A stretch of DNA of 59,554 bases, counting the filler, from Dugesia japonica (lineage: Eukaryota): NCBI GenBank assembly GCA_001938525.1. It is 6 parts of 6 records of this genome, joined end to end, with 100 filler letters (N's around TTAATTAATTAA, not from the genome) between each part and the next. Parts side by side here need not be neighbours in the genome. Positions count along the whole stretch, not along the records: positions 42,155 to 50,368 come from MQRL01567496.1; positions 50,469 to 59,554 come from MQRL01602501.1; 4 more parts are not named here. One strand, written 5' to 3'. A program made the translations under genes and the position numbers. Shown one piece after another: positions 49,780-59,554 of the stretch (positions are counted from its first letter, which is position 1; the number at the start of each line of letters is the position of its first letter). The notes below the pieces were generated by a model. It was given only the letters and a program-made list of their open reading frames with translations, was not told where the DNA came from and did no database searches.

Positions 49780-50252
49780 AACCATAACCAGCCCAAATCC
49801 ATCCAAGAACAACCACTGTGAGTAAATAATTGACTAAGTTTAAGGAAATAACTGACCAAATTATCCAAAAATTACCCAAATTGACCAATCCCAATGAAAG
49901 ATTCGACCGATTTCACATAAAAACTATCCAATATTAACCAAGCCAAGTAAAGAATTAACAAAGAATCACAAAAATCCTCCAAGCCAACTATTCACGAGGA
50001 AATAATTAACAAAATCTCCCAAAAATCTTCCAAGTCAACTATTCACGAAAATATAATTGACCAAATCGCCCAAAAATTAACCAACTTAAAAATTCCTGAG
50101 GAAAATTTCAATCAAATCATCCAAAAATTGACTAAACCTAGCAATCTCGAATAAATAATTAACGGAATTGCCCAAAAATTAGACAGATTTTCTATTCCCG
50201 AGGAAATATTCGACCGAATCACCAAAAAGATTAACCAAACTTATCAATCCCG
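49780..50252. repeat. Degenerate tandem array (~55-60 bp; AATTGACCAAAT/CCCAAAAATT units)
   Basis: Recurring units with strong C/A strand skew. Confidence 0.55.
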
Positions 50253-50368
50253 AGTAGATAGATAGTAGCGCACGGCACCACGCACACATTCAGTAACCCC
50301 CTCGCCCCCTTTACGTAATTAGTGCGATTATCGGTAATTTGATATCTTAATCTGTGATGTAATTACAT
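50253..50368 (+). repeat. Polinton terminus, family 1 (AGTAGATAGATAGTAGCGCAC...)
   Basis: 19/21 match to the reverse complement of 4937-4957; abrupt GC-rich start. Confidence 0.65.
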
Positions 50369-50468
50369 NNNNNNNNNNNNNNNNNNNNNNNNNNNNNNNN
50401 NNNNNNNNNNNNTTAATTAATTAANNNNNNNNNNNNNNNNNNNNNNNNNNNNNNNNNNNNNNNNNNNN
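50369..50468. other. Artificial contig-joining linker
   Basis: 44N-TTAATTAATTAA-44N. Confidence 0.97.
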
Positions 50469-50518
<50 letters not shown>

Positions 50519-51277
50519 CATCATTATTAATATTATTAACGTAATAATTAATGATACTTTTTAGAAACATCTCGGAAAAATAGTCTTTGCACAGCTTTAG
50601 AAAGCATTGTAGATAAGACAATTCCGGAAATTGTAATTCCAAATATTAACCCTCTATGTTTGGAAAATCTCTGAATTAATCGAAACAATTTTAATTAATT
50701 TTTTTATTATTTTTATATTTTTGTACATAATAAAAAATTTTTTTTAATAAATAATTTAAGTATGAAATCAGGCTTTTTAATGAACTGCGAAAACACAAAA
50801 TACACGTGAATTGAAATTGTTAGGAAAGCGTAAAATATTTTTATTGGAAAAATGAAAATTGCAATATTAAATATGAGAATAAATAAATACAACTGGATAA
50901 TTACATTCATCTGGTATCATATGTATGAAAGAAAATGACAAATTATTTACAACATCACATTAATAGTTCAGTTATAATAACTAGAAAGGAAATTGGAAAA
51001 TCAAAGAGTTAAAAATCAAACAAATTTATCTCTGCTTATTTATTATAATTATTTAAATAATTATAAAATGAAATAAAGTGAATTTTGATTTATAGAAAAC
51101 TTTCATTTATTAAATAAAAAAACTACAGGCGCAAATTAATAAATTCAAAATTTTAAATAAATTAGTTAATTAAATTAAATACAAAGTAATTAAATGATTT
51201 AACTAATCAATTTGTGCAGAATTTTCATTATTTATTAATAATTTTTAGTAATTTTATTTATAACTAAATATTATTAT

Positions 51278-51550
51278 TGTGAGATACATGATTTTTTGAA
51301 TAGTTTGAGTTTTTAAAAATTAATTATTGTTTAGAATTATTTATTTGAAATTTGGTTGTTTGATTATTCATCAGCGTTATGTNNNTGATTTAAAAAATTT
51401 ATTGTTGTACATTAATTTTTAGGAATTATCTATTTAGTTAAGAATTTCCCAGTTGATTTGATTTTTGTATTTGTAACTCTTTATTTAAATATATGTTGTC
51501 GGAAAATCTAAGTGTTCTTGATAATGAGTATGTAAGCCCGCTCTCTAACA
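51278..51550 (+). repeat. 5' LTR
   Basis: Near-identical to 54215-54486. Confidence 0.95.
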
Positions 51551-51564
51551 TGGTGGCAGCGGTG
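51551..51564 (+). promoter_or_regulatory. Primer binding site TGGTGGCAGCGGTG (tRNA-Leu type)
   Basis: Complementary to the ...CACCGCUGCCA-CCA 3' end of eukaryotic tRNA-Leu(AAG/UAG). Confidence 0.8.
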
Positions 51565-54203
51565 AAACAGACTCGATAACAGACTGATTAATGCCCGAGA
51601 TTTTTGGTAAGCAAGATGATGTTAAAAGATTCATTCGTAAATGTGAGATGTACTTTGAGTTGAAAGGTATCTCGAATAAAAGAGAGCAGGAAAGGTTGGT
51701 CCACTGTCTAATCGATGAAGAACTATTAGCTAAATATGTGGAAACATTTAGAAAAATAGAAGGTTTCCAAGGACGATTAAGACGAGCGTTTAGTAAAGAA
51801 AGAGATGTAATTCGAGACATAAAGGAAATGATTGATTACTGAAGAAGAGACGAGGATATCGATATTTATATCAAGAAAGTGGAAGATTTGGTGGGAAAAT
51901 TGTGTGCTAATTAGGAATTCACAAAGGAAAAGTTGACAGCTAAGTTACAAGTACAATGCGTGGGAAATAAAAGAGTAGAGGAAGAAGTAATTTTACGTAA
52001 AATAGAAAAAGTGGAAGAAATCAAAGAAACTTGGAAACTTTTGGATAAAGTGAAAAATAATGAAGATACAGATAATATTATGAGTTTAGCAGCAGCTGTG
52101 AAAAGAGATATAGAAACAAATAGAGTTCCTGAAACGAGACGACCCGAAAGACGAGAATTTGAAACGCGACAAAGGGTAATACCAAAATTTGTAAACGAAC
52201 AACTGAATAAACATAGAAATGGAAAAACGACGTTGGTTTGTTGGAATTGGTCACATGAGATGGGAATCCCCGTTTAATTCAAGGATCATGTGTTGGAAAT
52301 GTGAACGAGTTGGTCACACTAGCCGGAGATGCCCACAGAAACAACCTATTCAGTTTTTTCAATGCGGACAGATTGGCCANNNNNNNNNNNNNNNTCAAGG
52401 AAGGAACAATGGAGGTAACAGTTATGGAAGATATGAAACAGGAAGAAATGACAATTATTATCATGAAAAAGGGATAAGAAGAGGAAATAATTATAATAAA
52501 GGAGGTTAAAATAGATATGAACAATTTAATGCAATAGTTGAGGAAATGAACTGTGGAGAGAAAGTGGAAACCGAAAGTACTGAAGGGAATATCAGACCCC
52601 CAAAAGTCAGGGCTACGATAGTAGAGGAGTTGGTCGGAGCCATATACTAAAAGATAGTTCTATCGTATATTCTCGGGGAATTGAGCACTTGGAGAATGTA
52701 GAGAAGATAGGAAAGAAAGTTTTCAGATTTTTATGTTCATTCGGGGACAAGGCTGGCGTAGGAGCACTAATGATAGTGGAAGCGGATTGCAATGTAAAAA
52801 TTGGATATAAATTGATAAAAAAAACTGGAAAGAAAAGGTAATTGTGTATGGTTCTTATGCAATTACGTCTCATGAATTAGGATACAGCACAACAAGGAAA
52901 GAATTGTTAGCAGTATACTATTTTTGCTTACATTTTAAACACTATTTGTACGGGAGATGTTTTACACTGAGAACAGATCATAANNNNNNNNNNNNNNNNN
53001 NNNNNNNNNNNNNNNNNNNNNNNNNNNNNNNNNNNNNNNNNNNNNNNNNNNNNNNNNNNNNNNNNNNNNNNNNNNNNNNNNNNNNNNNNATATTACATGG
53101 AAACGCGGATGCTTTGAGCAGACTGGTATGTGATAGATGTACACAATGTCAAACGGAACACGAGGGAGCAAAAATAGAAAAACCAAGAACGAGACTTATT
53201 CTACGGCACGATATTTTAGGAATTAAAACTGATGACGGAAATACGAATAAATAAGTTAGAGAAGGGACGAAAATCTAGTTAGCAAGAAGACAAAGAAACG
53301 AACAAATCGAGAAAATCCACAAATTTTTGTGTCACGCAAGGGTAGAAAAGACAACAGATTATATTTTCGCACGATATGAAGGACAAGACTTGAAGGACAG
53401 GATAAGAGAATTTGTGTCAAAAGTCNAAGACAAATACTGAGGGGGTGAAAGAAAAGACGATTTGGTCGGAAGACTTTGAACCATTTGAGGTGGTTTTTGT
53501 AGATGTTTGTGGACCGTTGAAGGAAACACAAGGGCACAAGAAATACATTTTAGGAATATTTGATCGAAATACCAAATTTATTAGACTGGTAACGTTGACA
53601 AAACAAGACCAAATAACAATTAGGACGAATCTATGGAAGGAATGGGTCTTAAAATTCGGATGTCCCGGAGAGTTTAGATCTGATTGTGGAAGGGTGTTCG
53701 AATCTAAGGATATGAAAGAATTGGTAAATAAGTTAAAGATTGGTTGGCAATGGGCGAGTCCATACCACCACAACACTAACGGGCAAATATAACGTCAATT
53801 CCGGATGATAAAGGAGTGGTTGAATGCGACCATGCAGGAGAGAAGGACATCAGGTTGGGCTGAGCTTTTACCAGAAATTGAATTCGCACTTAACGCGACT
53901 AAACAAAAAACAATACAAATGAGCCCAGCAAAGTTAGTTTTTGGGCGACGGATTAGTAGAGATGGTTGGCAGTCGTGAAAGAGAAAAGAGAAAACAACAA
54001 GTACAGCGGAGTTGGTTCCAAAAATGATCAGTACAAGAAGGAAGTTTCAAGTGGGTGAGGAAGTTTTGCTGAAGGGACAAAAGAACGGATAAATATGAAG
54101 GTCCATATAAAGTGATAGACAAAAGACACGATAGACAGTACGTGTTAGTAGGCCAAGATGACAGAAGAATCAAACGTAATGTTGAAAAACTTAAACTATT
54201 CTT

Positions 54204-54214
54204 AAAGATGGGGA
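54204..54214 (+). promoter_or_regulatory. Polypurine tract AAAGATGGGGA
   Basis: Abuts the 3' LTR. Confidence 0.8.
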
Positions 54215-54486
54215 TGTGAGATACATGATTTTTGAATAGTTTGAGTTTTTAAAAATTATTTATTGTTTAGAATTATTTATTTGAAATTTGGTTGTTTGAA
54301 TATTCATCAGGGTTTTGTGTTTGATTTAAAAAATTTATTGTTGTACATTAATTTTTAGGAATTATCTATTTAGTTAAGAATTTCCCAGTTGATTTGATTT
54401 TTGTATTTGTAACTCTTTATTTAAATATATGNNNNNGGAAAATCTAAGTGTTCTTGATAATGGGTATGTAAGTCCGCTCCCTAACA
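54215..54486 (+). repeat. 3' LTR
   Basis: Near-identical to the 5' LTR; followed by the TSD. Confidence 0.95.
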
Positions 54487-54790
54487 ATTATTTTGTATTA
54501 AAAAACTAAAAGTAAAGGTAAAATAAAAAATTCGAAATTAAAAATGCAAATTTTCACAAATTATACAATGCATAAAATAAATTATATATTTTAATAAAAT
54601 TAAAATTTTATATATTTTAAATTAAAAAAAAAATAAAAAAAACAACATTATTTGATTTTGCTAAATTTATTTGAATAAAAGCGATGGAAAATCAAAAAAT
54701 TAAAAATGAAAAAACTTATAAATATTGTAAATCAAGGAAAATAAGATTTGGCTGAAATAACTAATTCTAATTTTATTGATGGATATAAGT

Positions 54791-55690
54791 ACAGCCCACA
54801 ATTTACCGCGGCACGCAGAAATTCGCGCCACGTCGAGGAATTTGCTGATTTCATAGTTTGTGAAATGAGCAAATTCCTCGAATTACGCGCCGCGGCATTG
54901 TGTAATTCAACTTTTTAATTATGTAATACGTGTAATAAATTTAGTGATCACTGATCATATAAATAATTATTAAAATATTGTTTTAGTTTAATATAATCTA
55001 TATATAAATCTGAAATTTCTATTTAATCATTAAATATCAATTTCTAGTTGTGATTATTAATTATGTAAGTATTTTTGTTATGTTATCAATGTTTCATGAA
55101 AGTAATTTTTTAATAATATTCAATATGTATTTTGTAAATTTTTGAAAGTTTTTGATTTAATTAACTTCTAATTTTAGAATAAAATATATATTAAAATTTT
55201 ATAATTGTTGAAATTGTTTTCGGTAAAGTTCTTAAAATAAATTATTATTAATTGTTAAAATAAATTATTATACATTTCTAATATTAATTCTTCAGTATGG
55301 CAATGAACAATCAACGCAATAAAACTGCAGTGAATATTGGTCCGGTACAACGAGTTAAAGAATTTGGACAGGATAAATTCTACGCCGATGGTGTTTTATT
55401 GTGCTGTAAGACATGAAACGAATCAGTTGATTATATTAGCCGACAGGCTCATTCTCGAAATATGGATCAGTACTGTCGCCATTATCTGTCACAGCAAAAC
55501 CTAAGAGCCTACAATGCCATTTACTTTAATAAAAAAATAATTATTGCAATATTTTTTTCATTTAAATTGATTTTAGTTTGTTTGCATTTAATTATATTTC
55601 AGTGTGAAATTATTACTAATAATTTATTGCGTAAACTAGCACATAACGTCATCTGCAGTGTTTCGCGAGATTTAATAAAATTTTGCCGNN
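54791..55690 (+). mobile_element. hAT-type DNA transposon remnant with CGGBP1-like BED zinc finger (55297-55460)
   Basis: QRVKEFGQDKFYADGVLLCCKT*NESVDY resembles CGGBP1 RVTEFGGELHEDGGKLFCTSCN; GC-rich CAG-starting left end. Confidence 0.6.
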
Positions 55691-55974
55691 NNNNNNNNNN
55701 NNNNNNNNNNNNNNNNNNNNNNNNNNNNNNNNNNNNNNNNNNNNNNNNNNNNNNNNNNNNNNNNNNNNNNNNNNNNNNNNNNNNNNNNATTTGCTACTTC
55801 TTGAAGTATGAATGTAGACAGATCACCTTCATATTATTTTCTCAATATAATCAATGTAATTTATAATAATTAAATATAAAAAAAAAATTAACCAATTAAA
55901 ATTTAGTAAAAACAAAATTAATTCATAGAAAATTACTATTGTAAAAATAAATATTGAATAAATCAAAAAAATCC

Positions 55975-56116
55975 AATTCCTGACGAAGAAAAAGTTGAAA
56001 ATTAGAATTATTATCAAAAACAAAAAAATTGATTAAAGCTTTTATTTTAAATGAATTCTGAAAAACGATCAATGCTTAGGTCCAACAATTATTCTCACAA
56101 TAATCGTTATTGTAAA
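55975..56116 (+). mobile_element. Further, decayed copy of the hammerhead short retroelement (inverted relic at ~56135-56280)
   Basis: TTCCTGACGAAGA...AAGCTTTTATTTTAAATGAA...CGATCAATG...TCCAACAATTATTCTCACAATAAT shared with 46088-46239. Confidence 0.7.
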
Positions 56117-57145
56117 TCATTTAAACTTAACATGATTTTCACAATTACAATTTGTACTAGAATAATAGTTGGACTTAATTATTGGTCACATTTTTATGTT
56201 TAAATCACAAAGCTCAGTACAAAATGGTATTTTTATTTTTGTCAGCAATCTGAACTTTTGACGATAATTTTCAAGAAAAATTTTCTATTTAATTTTAAAG
56301 TTAATTATTGAAAAACAATATTATCGAAAATTCGGATTGCTAAAAAGAACATGAAAATATATCATTCTGATTTAAACTTTTCAATTTCATTGAAATTTTC
56401 ACATGAATTTAAGGAATTTTTAGTCAATACGAAAAAATAGTCAATTTAAAATAAATGAATAACTTTTACAAAAATAAACTCATAAACAAATAAGTGGTTT
56501 TAACAGAAATAGAATAAAAATAGATAGATGAGATACGAAAATGGAAGTCAGAATTCCAGAGTACATTCAGGGAGCGAACTAAAATAAAGATTAAACCAAT
56601 CAGCATACGCTACATAAAAAATTGACCAATCATATGTTATCACGAGTTTCCAAAATCGAATTACTAAAACGAGAGTGAAAATGTTAACTAAACCAATTCA
56701 TTTACTATCGATTAGTTGAAATTTAAAGGACGATACAAATAAATTCATAAATTGAAATAATCGATTGGAATCTATATGCTGATTCTTTGTATTCAGAAAA
56801 TAATATTTGATAAATCAAAATGAATTCATTTAAATCATTTTAATTATAAATATGCTATTCTTTATAAATTATGACTGAATTAATTGAAAAAATGGTTTCT
56901 TATAAAAACAAGTAATCGAAAGGAAAACTATTTGATAAATTAATACATCAATAGTTAACAAATAAGAGATATTTAATGTTCAGTTTGCAAACTGAAACAC
57001 GTATATCAACAGACTGCTCATTTTCATTCGACATTATCTAATCAAACATATCCTAGATCCGTCACAATTCGTACAAAATATTATGTAAATTTTATTAAAT
57101 TTATTTTTTTCTAAAAAAAACAAAGAAAATAATATTCTAAATAAC

Positions 57146-57652
57146 TTTTGCTGCAGCACTCAAAGCAACTCCGTAAGCGATTCCAACTCCAAATCCACCG
57201 AAAAGCCCAAATGATATGATAACAAGTGATAAATATGATTTTAGAGTAAAATACATCAATNNNNNNNNNNNNNNNNNNNNNNNNNNNNNNNNNNNNNNNN
57301 NNNNNNNNNNNNNNNNNNNNNNNNNNNNNNNNNNNNNNNNNNNNNNNNNNNNNNNNNNNNNNNNNNNNNNNNNNNNNNNNNNNNNNNAAAGATATCGAAG
57401 CTCCTGTTCCCAATGTTTCAGCTCCAAATATCCAAGCCGTATTTCCCTCATTTACAGAACTACTTGAATAACTGTTATTTTTCATGTAAGTGATAATGAA
57501 CTTTTGAAGATTTCCTGTAAGTCAATTAAATAATAATTGCAGATATTTTTAAAATTAAAAATAATTTTACCGGAACTATACAAATATCCAAGAGTTAATT
57601 CAATTAGAAACGCTCCAAATACAACAAAATATTTATTAAAAGAATTTAACAT
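57146..57652 (-). CDS. Host MFS transporter (OFA/monocarboxylate-like), exons 57571-57652 and 57146-57514
   Basis: VVFGAFLIELTLGYLYSS|GN...AWIF...FGLFGGFGVGIAYGVALSAAAK; GT-AG 56-nt intron. Confidence 0.75.
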
Positions 57653-58125
57653 GTTTCCAAAACGTTTATCAGAGATAATATTTCAAAATTTTATCGTTAT
57701 AAATTTCAAAAATTTTTAACTAAACTTTACTTAATTTCAATTTTACTTCATAAAAATTAAAAAATCATTACAATTTTTAAAATTTAAATATTTTTCAGTT
57801 TGAAAAACTGTTTAATGTTTTCGGATAAAAATGATTATTAAAAACAAAGAAACAATCAAAAACAAAGGTTTATAAGAATTGCATTGGAAATTTAGAATTT
57901 ATGCACGGAAATAAAGTTTTATTACGTTTGTTTTTGTTTTTTTNNNAAATTATAATTTATATTCACATTGTTTTTTTAATATATGATAGGTATTTTATGA
58001 GCAACAAGCCACCACGTGTTAATAGAAAAAGCATAGAAAAAAATCATTTGCAGAATATTTTTTGAATTAAACTTTTTGTATCATTATAATTTTACAAATA
58101 ACAATATAAAAATATACATACTTAC

Positions 58126-58490
58126 CATCGATGTGGAATTCAAATGAGTTCAACTTAAAGGGTTCCTATCAATTATATATAACCCTTTTAGGCGCCAAAT
58201 ATTTGTCTTTTTCGTTTGTTTGCTTTGGACTTGTTCAAGAGATCTTATTTTGCTGGACATCATTGCCTTAAACCTACTTTCTTTCCTCTTATTTTCCAAC
58301 AAAACTCTTGTTCACATTGATTTTTAGACATATCATTCGTCTTATTTGGCACTTCAATTTGTTCAGAAAGTTGACTTTTCATGTTCACCTGCATGTTTTT
58401 ATCTTTAAGCTTTAGTTTAGAATTTTGAGCATCACACACAAACAAAAGAACAAACGTAAACCACAAGATTTTTAATATATCCATTGACAT
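58126..58490 (-). pseudogene. Signal-peptide-bearing preproprotein-like first exon with stops
   Basis: MDILKILWFTFVLLFVCDA signal peptide; in-frame KRKR-QIF site after stops; GTAAGT donor. Confidence 0.35.
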
Positions 58491-58499
58491 TTTAAAATC

Positions 58500-58945
58500 T
58501 AAAATTAAAAATCACAGTTTTTAACAATTTTTGAAATTTATAAATATAATTGAGCATGGTGAACAAACAAACATACATAAAACATTGGGTTTTTTATGTA
58601 TTATTACATTACTGGGTTTTTCTTATATTAATGGATATATATAAACTAAAATAAAAAATCACAATTTTTCAAATTTTTTGAATAATATTGAGCAATACGC
58701 ACAAACATACAAACAAAAAAACCAACATACACCAATGGGTTCTTCATATTAAATTATAATTGAAAATTTTAAAAGATTGTAAAAACGTTAAGAACAAAAT
58801 TTAAAATTGAAAATTTTTAATAAAAAATCTCAAATTTTGTAGGATTTTGAAATTTGTTAAATAATATTGAAAACTAATCGCAAAAGTAACGATCAAATAT
58901 ACAAGCAAACATACACTACAGGGTTTTTAATATATATTATTGTAT
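58500..58945. repeat. Three degenerate ~150-170-bp tandem units
   Basis: AAAAATC(A/T)CA...ATTGA...CAAACATAC...GGGTTT repeated three times. Confidence 0.55.
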
Positions 58946-59554
58946 ATTATTGTATATAGCATGTTGATAATAATAATAAGATGAATAATAATTTTTTCAA
59001 ATAAAATATAAATAAAAAATCACATTGTCTGATTGTCACTATATTTAGTGTTAAAAAACGAAATAACAATGAAATATCTATTTAATTAAAAACATCATAA
59101 TAAACACCCAGTTTAATTAAAAAAAGCATTAGGATTTCTTTTCAATGTGTTTTATTTACCAGATGATCCCATTAGTATTTATAGACTTCTTATATCATTT
59201 TATTTCCACATAGATCATCTATTTCAATTCATCGACATAAGCGTTTTCATCATGCTTTTTGAAATTGATGAAAACTGCTTCACTGATTTCGATATGCCTG
59301 CTAAGCCTTAATATCATAATGGATGATTTTGTTGGGCTTCTAGGCTTTTGATGTTATTTTCTTATCTTCTCTACTAATCGATTTTTCATCTTTCTGATTG
59401 AAATTTACATCTGGGGGATGATACCTAGTAGCCGCAAGAATTTGTGTGATGCCTCCTCCTGCATCACTATCCCCAATTCCCGAATTCAGTGGGACTATGC
59501 AGTATCCCGTCTTATGAAACAAAATCTCTTTGAATTATTGTGGCTTCAGTCATA

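Larger units (their letters stand above)
51278..54486 (+). mobile_element. Ty3/gypsy LTR retrotransposon, internally deleted (no protease/RT), 5-bp TSD ATTAT
   Basis: LTRs 51278-51550 and 54215-54486 (TG...CA), gag with CCHC, RNase H C-terminus, and integrase (VDVCGP, SDCG, GPY). Confidence 0.95.

Noticed and set aside
8391-50468. Treating the whole window as one large virus, or TTAATTAATTAA as a biological repeat
   Set aside because: Five identical 100-nt linkers show concatenated contigs; adjacency across them is meaningless.

Overview
Very AT-rich eukaryotic (animal-like) DNA made of six unrelated contigs joined by artificial 100-nt linkers (44N-TTAATTAATTAA-44N); contigs are 1-8390, 8491-19106, 19207-32345, 32446-42054, 42155-50368 and 50469-59554. 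The centrepiece is a near-intact endogenous Polinton/Maverick (adintovirus-type) virus on contig 3, with major capsid protein, a zinc finger-PLA2-integrase fusion, packaging ATPase, a membrane-active core-like protein, penton, adenain protease and protein-primed PolB. A short CCAGTYAACTGG/CCAACTAGTTGG palindrome is scattered in frame through its genes. The other contigs hold degraded Polintons of at least two capsid types (one next to a TBP-like gene), several AGTA(G)-starting Polinton termini nested in other elements, and Ty3/gypsy LTR elements (one with both LTRs, TSD, tRNA-Leu PBS and PPT but no PR/RT). They also hold a Penelope GIY-YIG fragment, a ~150-bp hammerhead-ribozyme retroelement with 12-bp TSDs, pogo and CGGBP1/hAT remnants, and a few intron-containing host exons (FAAH-like amidase, MFS transporter). 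All calls come from reading motifs by eye; no searches were run.
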